Assembly: GCF_006345805.1 (NCBI RefSeq)
Contig: NC_043004.1
Location: forward strand, 98,890,001 to 98,954,000
Length of the DNA: 64,000 nucleotides
DNA from: Octopus sinensis
Lineage: Eukaryota
Reading direction: 5' to 3'
The notes below the pieces were generated by a model, which searched no databases, had not been told where the DNA came from, and saw only the letters and a list, made by a program, of their open reading frames with translations. Positions 12,426-24,109 of the stretch are shown in pieces (positions within the stretch are counted from its first letter, which is position 1; every line of letters starts with the position of its first letter). A program made the position numbers and the translations under genes.

Positions 12426-12855
12426 ATATATTTTTAAATGTCTTTCTTTGAAAAATTGCATTCGGTAGGATTAGTAATATTTTTGGTAGAAATGACTGAT
12501 TGTCCCTCTTAGCGTATGGCGTGTATGTAGAATGCCTCCTGGCATGTATGTATAATGCCCTCTATATATAAATTAATATGTTCAATAAGAAATAATTATT
12601 TTCGAAATTTTTTCTCTTATGAGGTTTTTACGCTATCTACCTGACAATTTCTTGTTAAGTTTTCCTTATTAAGATTGTCCTTAATTGCTAAATTTTTATT
12701 CCGAAAAAACTTTTCCTCTCCCGAAATGCAATTCGTAAAAGTTTGCCATTCATCGGATATAGTATATATAAATTCACCCATGTGCTTCGTTGATGTTGAT
12801 CAGTTAGCTGATCGGCTTAAGCGAAGCAGGGTCGTTGTTTATTTATAGTATATTC

Positions 12856-12903
12856 AGGCCTGCTGATGATTACGTAAGTATGAAATCACTGTGATACAGG
12901 TCT
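12856..12903 (+). ncRNA. Type I hammerhead ribozyme, copy 2
   Basis: Identical to copy 1; predicted cleavage after 12896. Confidence 0.8.
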
Positions 12904-13333
12904 ATATATTTTTAATGTCTTTCTTTGAAAAATTGCATTCGGTAGGATTAGTAATATTTTTGGTAGAAATGACTGATTGTCCCTCTTAGCGTATGGCGTG
13001 TTATGTAGAATGCCTCCTGGCATGTATGTATAATGCCCTCTATATATAAATTAATATGTTCAATAGAAATAATTATTTTCGAAATTTTTTCTCTATGAGG
13101 TTTTTACGCTATCTACCTGACAATTTCTTGTTAAGTTTTCCTTATTAAGTAGTTGTCCTTAATTGCTAAATTTTTATTCCGAAAAAACTTTTCCTCTCCC
13201 GAAATGCAATTCGTAAAAGTTTGCCATTCATCCGGATATAGTATATATAAATTCACCCATGTGCTTCGTTGATGTTGATCAGTTAGCTGATCGGCTTAAG
13301 CGAAGCAGGGTCGTGTTTATTTATAGTATATTC

Positions 13334-13381
13334 AGGCCTGCTGATGATTACGTAAGTATGAAATCACTGTGATACAGGTCT
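13334..13381 (+). ncRNA. Type I hammerhead ribozyme, copy 3
   Basis: Identical to copy 1; predicted cleavage after 13374. Confidence 0.8.
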
Positions 13382-13810
13382 ATTATTTTTAAATGTCTTT
13401 CTTTGAAAAATGCATTCGGTAGGATTAGTAATATTTTGTGGTAGAAATGACTGATTGTCCCTCTTAGCGTATGGCGTGTATGTAGAATGCCTCCTGGCAT
13501 GTATGTATAATGCCCTCTATATATAAATTAATATGTTCAATAAGAAATAATTATTTTCGAAATTTTTTCTCTATGAGGTTTTTACGCTATCTACCTGACA
13601 TTTCTTGTTAAGTTTTCCTTATTAAGTAGTTGTCCTTAATTGCTAAATTTTTATTCCGAAAAAACTTTTCTCTCCCGAAATGCAATTCGTAAAAGTTTGC
13701 CATTCATCCGGATATAGTATATATAAATTCACCCATGTGCTTCGTTGATGTTGATCAGTTAGCTGATCGGCTTAAGCGAAGCAGGGTCGTTGTTTATTTA
13801 TAGTATATTC

Positions 13811-13858
13811 AGGCCTGCTGATGATTACGTAAGTATGAAATCACTGTGATACAGGTCT
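13811..13858 (+). ncRNA. Type I hammerhead ribozyme, copy 4
   Basis: Identical to copy 1; predicted cleavage after 13851. Confidence 0.8.
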
Positions 13859-13999
13859 ATATATTTTTAAATGTCTTTCTTTGAAAAATTGCATTCGTAG
13901 GATTAGTAATATTTTTGGTAGAAATGACTGATTGTCCCTCTTAGCGTATGGCGTGTATGTAGAATGCCTCCTGGCATGTATGTATAATGCCCTCTATAT

Positions 14000-14041
<42 letters not shown>

Positions 14042-14486
14042 TAATAACATTATATATTTGTACATGTACTTGTATGTCGATTTGAGAAGCAATAATAATA
14101 AAGAAACGAATTATAAAGAAAGGAAAGTAGAAAGATGAAGAAAACGAAAAGACGTAAATTTGGAAGAAGAATTGAAAAATGTTTCCCTCAAAATTGAATC
14201 CATTTATGTGAAGATGTAAAAGTTTAGTCACAAATACAAGAGCAACGGATTTTCAAACAATAACAACAATTAATGATGTTGTTTCTATTTTTATTGTTGT
14301 TGCTGTTACTGTTGTTATAATCCACTGTAACTATCTAGAAAATTTAATAATCGTATAAAGATAAACAATTACAGAAGCAATGGCATCAATAGGAACCGTA
14401 AGAAGTGTGACTACAACTGTGGTAAACACCTTTAGGTAATGGAAACATATAAAGGTACATCATTATCATCATCATCATCATCATAA

Positions 14487-14900
14487 ACACAGGAGTGGCT
14501 GTGTGGTAAGTAGCTTGCTTACCAACCACATGATTCCGGGTTCATTCCCATTGCGTGGCACCTTAGGCAAGTGTCTTCTATTATAGCCTCGTGCCGACCA
14601 AATCCTTGTGAGTGGATTTGGTAGACGGAAACTGAAAGAAGCCTGTCGTACATATGTATATATATATATATGTATGTGTGTGTTTGTGTTTGTGTGACTG
14701 TGTTTGTTCCCCCCAACATCGCTTGACAACCGATGGTGGTGTGTTTTCGTCCCTGTAACTTAGCGGTTCGGCAGAAGAGATCGATAGAATAAGTACTAGG
14801 CTTCCAAAAATAAGCCCTGGGATGATTTGCTCGACTTAAGGTGGTGCTCCAGCATGGCCGCAGTCAAATAACTGAAACAAGCAAAAATGAATAAAAGAGA
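14487..14900 (+). mobile_element. SINE family A
   Basis: CAGGAGTGGCTGTGTGGTAAG head through TGAAACAAG tail. Confidence 0.85.
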
Positions 14901-14904
14901 GTAT

Positions 14905-15175
14905 CATCATCATCTTCATCATCATCATCATTTAACATCCCTTGTCCATGCTGGCATGGGTTGTATGGTCTGACCAGAGCAAGTAAGCTGAAAGGCTGCA
15001 CCAGACTCCAATCTGATTTGGCATGGTTTCTACAGCTTGATGCCTTCCTAATGCCAACCACTCCGAGAGTGTAATAGCTGCTTTTACATGTCACCGGTAT
15101 GGGTGCCAGTCACAGGATACCAGTATCTGCCATGAATACAATTTCACTTGGCTTGACGGGCTTTCTTCTAAAGGG
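14905..15175 (-). mobile_element. RTE-LINE 3' UTR fragment
   Basis: (CAT)n-TTTAACATCC...CATGCTGGCATGGGTTG...GATGCCTTCCTAATGCCAACCACTCCGAGAGTG. Confidence 0.75.
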
Positions 15176-15278
15176 ATGGGTCTTGGAAACACACACAGAT
15201 GTATACATTCACATCAAGTAACACTTGTACACAAACATGCAGCACATCTGATCAGATATATATATATATATATATATA

Positions 15279-15811
15279 TTCCGCCTTGTCCAAAAATTCC
15301 TCTTCCGGACAATTTTTTACTTAAAAAAGGCAGCCCCATACATTTGCTCTCTCATTCATTCATCTAGCACCCGAGCGCAGATAAGTTTGAATGCTTATTT
15401 ATTTTCACTTCTCGATCGATCATGCATGCTTTCTTATCTATCTAACTATTTTTACCTAATTTCTCTATCTATCTAATTATTTTAACTAATTTATCCATTT
15501 CTCCTCTCGAATCAACCATCGTGTATTCGCCATCTTGAAGCCTGTTCCTTTAATACACTTCCGCCTTGTCCAAAAATTCCTCTTCCGGACAATTTTTTAC
15601 TTAAAAAAAGGCAGCCCCATACATTTGCTCTCTCATTCATTCATCTAGCACCCGAGCGCAGATAAGTTTGAACGCTTATTTATTTTCACTTCTCGATCGA
15701 TCATACATGCTTTCTTATCTATCTAACTATTTTTACCTAGTTTCTCTATCTATCTAATTATTTTAACTAATTTATCCATTTCTCCTCTCGAATCAACCAT
15801 CGTGTATTCGC
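15279..15811. repeat. Tandem duplication of a 280-bp non-microsatellite unit (~1.9 copies)
   Basis: TTCCGCCTTGTCCAAAAATTCC starts at 15279 and 15559; only a few substitutions between copies. Confidence 0.95.
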
Positions 15812-16044
15812 GGTGCACCCGCCCTGCCCACCCCCACCACCAATACCGGATATCTCTTTGCTCCATCTATACCGGATGTCACTTCTCCCACCACCATTAT
15901 AGGTGTCTACTCTTCGAACCCCTCTTCAACACGCTATTTCACCATGCATTACCCCTCTCTTGATATCCTACGTCTACTTGCCTAGAACCTGTCATCATTC
16001 TCTGAACCACCCCTCTCCACTGGTGCTCCCCTATATTTCTGCAC

Positions 16045-16302
16045 CCCCCCACATAAAAAAAGCACCATCCGAACGTGGCCGATGCCAGACCCCTCTGGCA
16101 CCTGTGCAGGTGGCACGTAAAAAACACCCACTACACTCGCGGAGTGGTTGGCGTTAGGAAGGGCATCCAGCTGTAGAAACACTGCCAGACTAGACTGGAG
16201 CCTGGGGCAGTCCCTAGCTCCCCAGACCCCGGTCGAAACCATCCAACCCGTGCTAGCGCGGAAAAACGGGACGTTAAACGATGATATGATGATGATGATG
16301 AT
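16045..16302 (+). mobile_element. RTE-LINE 3' UTR with (GAT)n tail
   Basis: Closely matches 61480-61715. Confidence 0.85.
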
Positions 16303-16500
16303 ATAGTTAATCCAAACAAGAAAGCACAAAAAAACCACAACAACGCAAAGATGTGGAACAAATATAGTATTATTGGACGCTCAGGAAAGAAGGAAAGAAG
16401 GAGGGTTTAACGTTTCGAGTGGAGCTCTTTGTCGGAAACATAGCAGAAGGAAAGATCCAGAGAAGGGAAGACAGAGGAAAAAAAATCGCCAACGGTACAC
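16303..16500 (-). mobile_element. PLE pseudo-LTR-like fragment with hammerhead-like motif (16405-16439)
   Basis: Reverse complement GTTT-CCGACAA-A-GAGC TCC ACTC-GAAA-CG-TT^AAAC; same family as 60805-61030. Confidence 0.55.
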
Positions 16501-17082
16501 ATGAGGTCATTTATATATACCATCACATATCAATTCACATACACACATACATCTATAACAAACATCCGTCCAGTCACACATACAGACACATCATGTCATA
16601 CACAGACACAAATACACTTCCCGTTGCACTTACACACACATCTGGTAATACATAGATGCAAACATACAGCCAGTAACCCATACACACACATTTGGTCATA
16701 CATAGATACAAACATACATCCAAGCACGCATACACACATACTTAAGGTGACAAACCCATGCCATTCATGCTTACACACACATATGCCTGCCTATATATAT
16801 ATATACACACACAGATATATATATATATATGCATATATACATGCACAAGCACACACACACACACACACGTGCACACACACACACACACACACAAACATCA
16901 TGTCATACATGAACACACAAGCACATACCAGTTAACACTGAAACACATTAGATCACACATCTACACTCATATCAGCTACTCACACTTACACAGAAACACA
17001 CACACACGCACACTCACACACACATTCACACACACACACACACACACACAAAAACCTCGACATCAAGTTACGATTCTACAAT

Positions 17083-17198
17083 GTTTGGTTTGAATTATAT
17101 AAATGCTATCATCACTTTCATCATCGTCATCATCATCATCATCATCATCATCACCATCATCACCACCACCATCATCATCATCATCATCGTCATCGTCG

Positions 17199-17234
<36 letters not shown>

Positions 17235-17935
17235 CCATCATCATCATCAGCACCACCACCACCAGCATCCTCATCATCATCCTCATCTGATTTGCTTTCC
17301 TCTCTTCTTCTCTGTATCATTGCCGTTTACCATCATCGTCAACAACAACACCACTTACATAATAATGCTTGTAGCCATCAATACACAGATGTACTGGATT
17401 ATACTTATGCATCATCAGATAGTTGCCTCTTACCAACACATTCAAGCATATGTTCACACGCACATACACACACACACACAGAGTGTGGCTTCAAGGTAAT
17501 ATGGATGACATCATCATCTTCATAAATATCGTTATCATCATCAGTGTTGTCTTTCCTACTCTTGTCATCGCCATCCCCATCATCATCACCATTTTCGTTA
17601 TCACCACCACAACCTCCATCGTCATCACCACCACAACCACCACCACCACCACCAAGCCACTGCCACCACCACCATCATCGTCATCGCCATCATCATCACC
17701 ACCACAACCGCCACCACCACAACCACCACCACCACAACCGCCACCACCACAACCGCCACCACCACAACCGCCACCACCACCATTATCGTCATCACCATCA
17801 TCATCACCACCACCACCAGCACCACCATCACCACCACCACCGCCACCACCATCATCAGTACCATCATCATCAGCATCAATATTATCGTTGTCATCATTGT
17901 TGTCATCATCAGCAACATCATCATCATCAACAAAA
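17083..17935. repeat. Compound (CAT)n/(CAC)n trinucleotide tracts
   Basis: Direct inspection. Confidence 0.95.
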
Positions 17936-18675
17936 ACAACAAAAGCAACACATCTTCAGTGTATATTTTCAACATGCTGTCATAGGTTTTGGATGGGTTA
18001 CACTGTGTGTGGTTTGGATCAACCAACTCAACTGAATACTTTTCCCATAATCAAGCAGCGTTAAAGACAAGCTGTCTTCTCTGTGTTTCTGTTGCCAGTT
18101 CCTCATGGACAACTGCTTCCTTCCAAACATCAGAGCCACTCTACAGTGAGAGTCATGGAAGTGGTCGCAGTAACACTGTTTACTATTGTTTGTAGTGCAG
18201 ACAACGAAGTACGTTGAACTGACAATGTCTTGTGGTTATTACTTCCGCTATATAAACGTGTTACATTAATAAACTTTCCTAATAATGTGATTCAAAAATA
18301 TAATTACCCGAAACTCTAGCAGAAAATTACCAAAATTCCTATAGGATTTCAAATGAATAAATTTCCATAGTTCATGTGGTTTACATCCATTATTTGACGC
18401 TAATATGTTTTGGACCAATCTGTATTAGTGAGAGAGGTTGTTTTTTTTTGTTGTTTTTTTTTTGGTTGAATACTCTTCTTATAATTAACTCTTAGTTGTT
18501 TTTGTCTTTTTTTTAAATAAGGAATATTATTTTTTCCCCCATATCTGTTCAAAAGCATGGAGCTTTTGAATGGAAGTGATGATTTCCTTTGATTGGAATG
18601 TCAATCTTCATGTACAAAGCAAGGAATGTAAGTATTTATACAGACACATATTCACACAAACATACTTACAAACAA

Positions 18676-18895
18676 GCGTGTCATCATCATCATCATCATC
18701 ATCATCATCGTCGTCGTCATCATCATCATCATCGTCGTCGTCGTCATCATCATCATCATCATCGTCGTCATCGTCATCATCATCATCATCATCATCGTCA
18801 TCGTCATCATCATCATCACCGTCGTCGTCGTCGTCATCATCACCATCATCATCATCGTCATCATCGTCATCATTATCTCCATCATCATCATCATT
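18676..18895. repeat. (CAT/CGT)n tract forming the expanded tail of a minus-strand RTE 3' end (to ~19010)
   Basis: Tract is followed by TTTAATGTC...CTGGCATGGGTTG. Confidence 0.8.
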
Positions 18896-19484
18896 TAATG
18901 TCTATGTTCCAAGCTGGCATGGGTTGAACAGGGTGACAGGAACCAGTGTATCCAAGGACTGCATCGTGCTCCCATGCTTTGGCATGGTTTTTATGTCTGG
19001 ATACCCCACCTAACACCAACCTGTTTACATCATGGTGTAGGGGCTTTTTCCGAACCATACGCACTATTGTGATTGCCATGAAGTTCACAGAACTCAAGCC
19101 TTGGAGTAGTTGGCGGGTCATCTTCATGCTAAGGGATGAGATTACAAAGTGAGAGATGAAACAGAGCAGGCTCCTGAAGAGAATGTGTGTGCATGGCTAC
19201 TCATGCACCTACATTCAAGCATACATGCATACATATGTATATATGATGGGTTTCTATACAATCTCCATCTAGCAATTTTCCTTACAAGTCATTGACTAAC
19301 CAAAGGCTACAGCAGAAGACACTTACCCAAGTTGCCATGGTATCAGACAGAACACAAGACCCATGTTAACAAAGAAAATACTGTAGCCACACAACCATGC
19401 CTGTGCCTAGCATAAATGGTAGTCTTCTGGTAAATTATAGCCTATACTCAAGATTCAATATCCAGTTCTTGCAAATTCATTTAC

Positions 19485-19888
19485 ATAGGCGCAGGAGTGG
19501 CTGTGTGGTAAGTAGCTTGCTTACCAACCACATGGTTCCGGGTTCATTCCCACTGCATGGCACCTTGTGCAAGTGTCTTCTACTATAGCCTCAGGCCAAC
19601 CAAAGCCTTACGAGTGGATTTTGTAGACGGAAACTGAAAGAAGCCCGTCGTATATATGTGTGTGTGTGTGTGTGTGTCTGTATGTTTGTGTGTCTGTGTT
19701 TGTCCCCACCAACATCGCTTGACAACCGATGCTGATGTGTTTACGTCCCCGTAACTAAGCAGTTCGGTAAAAGAGAGCAATAAAATAAGTACTAGGCCTA
19801 CAAAGAATAAGTGCTGGGGTTGATTTGCTCGACTAAAGATGGTGCTCCAGCATGGCCGCAGTCAAATGACAGAAACAAGTAAAAGAGT
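19485..19888 (+). mobile_element. SINE family A, near-complete reference copy
   Basis: ATAGGCGCAGGAGTGGCTGTGTGGTAAG (A box), GGGTTCATTCCC (B box), CCTTGTGCAAGTG core-like segment, internal (TG)n, ACAAGTAAAAGAG tail. Confidence 0.9.
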
Positions 19889-21280
19889 ATAAGACAGGTA
19901 ATGTTTGGGAGAGGCAGGAAAACTGCAGTTCACATCCTCGCATAACCTGTGGTTGAAAGAGATTATCACACATGCTCATAGATAGATCTGATCACTTATT
20001 GTCAAGAGACTTGCTATAAATTGCATTTATGTTTAGGATAAATAATTGCTTTAGTTGTGGAAACTTAATATTTTGCTGCTACTTAACATCTTCCTCTTTC
20101 TCGCTTGCACTATCTATCTTCTCCTCATACATGTACATGCAGTTTTCTCTCTTCCCTTTTATTCTATCAGTCGCTCACTCTCTATGCAATGATATGTGTG
20201 ACTGTTAAACTGTTTGCACAGGAAGAGAAATAAATAGAGAAATAGAACTTCAATAATATTGAGAATTTTATGCTATGAACATGTACAGGTTGCAGCCTAT
20301 GTCAGAAGAGACATGCACAGCTACAGACAGATAATGTCTCGTATATAACGTCTCAATATAGATATAGATAGCAATAGATATACTAATTAAGATTGAAGTG
20401 TTTTTATACCCCGTTTCAAGCAGGTAGATTAGGCACCGCAATGGAGCAATAGGTTTTAGATATGAGGCAAGGAAATGACATGGAAGCATGGTAACATTAA
20501 ATATATGGCTATTCATAGGAAAAGAAAAAAAATAATAATAATAAATGAATAAACTTAAAAAGGAAAAAAGAAAACTGAATTAAACTTTATTACCTTATAT
20601 TCCTTTATCATTCTTATTCTTGGCAAACTCATCGCAACATTTTAAGTCATCAGCAATAAAAGCGAATAGTTTATGGCTGTGAATTCTTGCTGAAATGTTC
20701 CGATTGTAAAGTGAATAACATATTTGGGAATTTGCAATCTGATTCAGAATCACATTCCAAGAAGAGTTAATGTTCATTTTTGGTACCTGCTTCTCTTTTT
20801 ACTTTTAAATTTCCACTGCCACTAATACCTCCACCACCACCACAACCATCCACACCATCACCATCCCAAAAACCAAAAGCCAGTACTAGTCGTACTACTA
20901 CAATGTTTCTTATCCTCAGAGCCACCAACAACGAGGAAAAGAATTACATGGTCACACAACATGCTAGAAATAGCAGCTGAATCTCACTCAGCTGACACTC
21001 AACTGTCTTATAAAAGGAAATGAACAGTGGATTGTGTAATGTAGTTCAAGTCTGAAAAAGAAGGATGGAATGTCTTTTATTATAGCTCTGCTTGAGGTTA
21101 AACAACATCACCTGCTGTGTACTAAAGACAATTCCTTCCCCTTCTCCTCCTTTGCCACCATATCCTCATCCTCATCATCATCATCATTGCCTGCAATAGC
21201 AGCCACCGCATCAGCAGGACTTTTACAAGCATTTCTGCCATTGCTTCAGAAAAATCAATGCCAGCTATAACTACCACCTC

Positions 21281-21678
21281 TTTTACTCTTTTACTCTTTT
21301 ACTTGTTTCAGTCATTTGACTGCAGCCATGCTGGAGCACCGCCTTTAGTCGAGCAAATCGACCCCGGGACTTATTCTTTGTAAGCCCAGTACTTATTCTA
21401 TCGGTCTCTTTTGCCGAACCGCTAAGTAACGGGGACATAAACACACCAGCATCGGTTTCAAGCAATGCTAGGGGGACAAACACAGACACACAAACATACA
21501 CACATATATATATATATACATATATATGACAGGCTTCTTTCAGTTTCTGTCTACTAAATCCACTCACAAGGCTTTGGTCGGCTCGAGGCTATAGCAGAAG
21601 ACACTTGCCCAAGATGCCATGCAGTGGGACTGAACCCAGAACCAGGTGGTTGGTTAGCAAGCTACTTACCACACAGCC
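21281..21678 (-). mobile_element. SINE family A
   Basis: Reverse complement of the 19485 copy. Confidence 0.9.
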
Positions 21679-22310
21679 ACACCATAACATCATTATAAAA
21701 AAAATCACCATCACCACCACCACCACCACCTCAGTATTACTGTATTTATTCCCAACCCACTTCTACCCACCTCATAACTTCATGATTCACCCAGATGCAC
21801 TACCACTATTTCTAGCACTTTCTGTCTCCCGCCATAACACTTTCACCCCTTCTTCAAAAATGTGAGCTACCTTTTAACTTTTCAATACTCAGAGACCGAT
21901 TCTTCTTTGCTTTCTTTCTCTGATACTTTTACTCCTCGTTTCCTAAGTAAAGACATGTCTCTTGTGATTCAAAGTCTTGCAAGTTGAATGGTAGCCACAC
22001 TAGTATTGGTGCCTTGTAAAATGCATCTAATGCCTACTGTGAAGTGGTTGGCATTAGGAAAGACATTCAGCAGAGGAATCCATGCCAAAATTAGACATTG
22101 GAGCATGATGCATCTCTTGGACTAGTCAGATCCTATCTAACTTCCAGCCCATACAAATGTGGAACCTGATCATGAAATGATGATGGTAATGACGATGATG
22201 ACAATGGCGGTGGTGGCGGTGTTGGTGGTGTTGGTGGTGGTGGTGGTGGTGAAAATGATGGTGATGATGATGGTGATGATGATGATGGTGATGATGATGA
22301 TATGATGATG

Positions 22311-22342
<32 letters not shown>

Positions 22343-22364
22343 GGTGATGATGATGGTGATGATG

Positions 22365-22396
<32 letters not shown>

Positions 22397-22824
22397 GGTG
22401 GTGGTGGTGGTGGTGGTGGTGGTGGTGGTGGTGGTGGTGAGGATGAGGATGGAAATAATATACATATATATATATATATACATGTGTGTGTGTGTGAGTG
22501 TGTATGCATGTATGAATTTTGTTTAAGTTCTTAAGGGAGTTCAAGCGAGTTGCTAACAAAGCAACAAGACTTTTAAAGATAAGACAGTTCCCGGTGTTTG
22601 TAAATATGTAGCTGTGTTTGGTGTATTGGTTGAATTATCAATGCATACACCCAAGAGTATGCGTCCGTTCACCTAAAGAATCTCGGGTGGAGAATCTCTG
22701 AAATGTCCTTCAAATTTTTGCTGAGCCACTCATAGGTTGGGTTTGGGGAATCTGTGTCAGTTTCTTTTGCTCTTCTTACTGAGTGGGCTTAAGGACTGCA
22801 TCCCCTACATATCTGGCCCTAGCA

Positions 22825-23150
22825 CCCAGAAAAAGAAGTGCCATAGAAATGTCGTTTGGTTTGCTCCACCCTTCTCACTCAATGTCAAGACTTGTGTGGG
22901 AAAGGTTTTCCTTAGATTAATAGACAAACATTTTACACACACACACACATAGATACAGGAATTTGTTTAACAGACACAACCTAAGAGTCTCCTTTAGTTG
23001 TGCACCTAACATAAAAAAGCATTTTATCAAGTACCCACAATACAAGGGAGGAGGCAGGTTGCTCTTGTAGGGTATATATCATAACTGTCCAGTAGGAGGC
23101 CAATGCAATGCTAAAGGGGTTTATCTATGAGGCTACCGTGATACCTAGAC
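22825..23150 (+). pseudogene. Penelope-like element ORF remnant (linker plus start of GIY-YIG endonuclease)
   Basis: KKCHRNVVWFAPPFSLNVKTCVGKVFLRLIDKHF...YRNLFNRHNLRVSFSCAPNI...CPVGGQCNAKG.IYEATV, motifs typical of PLE C-terminal regions; frameshifted. Confidence 0.75.
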
Positions 23151-24109
23151 CTAATATCCGTAATAACAGTATCTTTTTTTCTTCAGAAATGTAAACATAC
23201 CCAATCTGTTTCTTAAACGAGGGACATATTCATACGGCACAGAATGTTTTCACCTCAATAGACGTCACTGATTGGTTGAAATTGCAGAAATTGAAGAAAA
23301 ACAAAACAAATAACTGCAACCATTCTCAATTCTACCACCTCAGATGAAGACCAAACATTCACCTTCAACACCGATGGGATGACCAGCCCCATGCCATATG
23401 TTACCAGGAGTGCAAACAGGGTCTCATAATATGTTTATAAATATATTGGTTCAGCAAGTATTTCATTCAAGAAATCTTTACTTAACCACCCATCATCCTT
23501 CAGAGTCCCAGAAAGACTTTTTGTCACCTACCCTGGCTCGCCATGTGTGACACCTCAAAGATTAAGGGACCCCGTGTGATATCAGATGGAAATTAATTGA
23601 TTTTTTGGGGTCTGTGTATTAATGGAAGTGGCCGTTGTAAGATCTACATTGCAGAAAGAACCCAAATTATTAAAGACTAGAAGAAGCCTGGTACATTAAA
23701 CAGCCATAAAGAAGTGTTTTCTAAATGCATCCACTTCAAGCACTATTTACTAGAAAATTGGAGCTCCCCATTTGCTCATTAAACCTCTCTGAGTCTATAA
23801 AGGGTCTTCCCCACTCTGATTAAGGGGAAATAATCCATTCTCATTAACATTTTTTATGTATTCCTGAAGTTCTGAACATTTCCTCATGTCTGCGACATGA
23901 ATATTTTAAAATTTTGTATTCATATAGAATTTGACGAGCTGTCCACAAGGCGTTGTGGCTTTGTGTGTGTGTGAAACCTTGGGTAGCTCTATATAAAATT
24001 TTGTTGGAATAATTACTGCTCTACTTTTTAGAGTGTGCTTCTTTCTGATATATGCTTTTTTATTAACTATATATATATATATATTTGTGCATGTATGTGT
24101 ATTGTTTCC

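Larger units (their letters stand above)
11771..14007 (+). mobile_element. Hammerhead-containing tandem array (478-bp unit) with fold-back inversion; non-LTR retrozyme / PLE pseudo-LTR array
   Basis: Antisense arm 11771-12329 (~1.2 units) joins via a 2-nt AG overlap to ~3.5 sense units (12328-14007; periods 478, 478, 477). Units are near-identical, with no long ORF, and the array is flanked on both sides by (TA)n. Confidence 0.9.

Noticed and set aside
11771-14007. Mitochondrial control-region NUMT or plain satellite
   Set aside because: No mitochondrial genes or tRNAs recognised. The hammerhead fold, fold-back and TA flanks fit a retroelement better. An assembly artefact is not fully excluded.
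17080-18064. Poly-His/Pro/Ser/Gly/Thr ORFs (also 18570-19013, 22126-22559, 37857-38301, 59197-60301)
   Set aside because: Trinucleotide tracts are open in several frames on both strands, with no flanking coding signal
23480-23850. Possible PLE reverse-transcriptase remnant on the minus strand (MGSS-like motif)
   Set aside because: Requires several frameshifts; too degraded to support by eye
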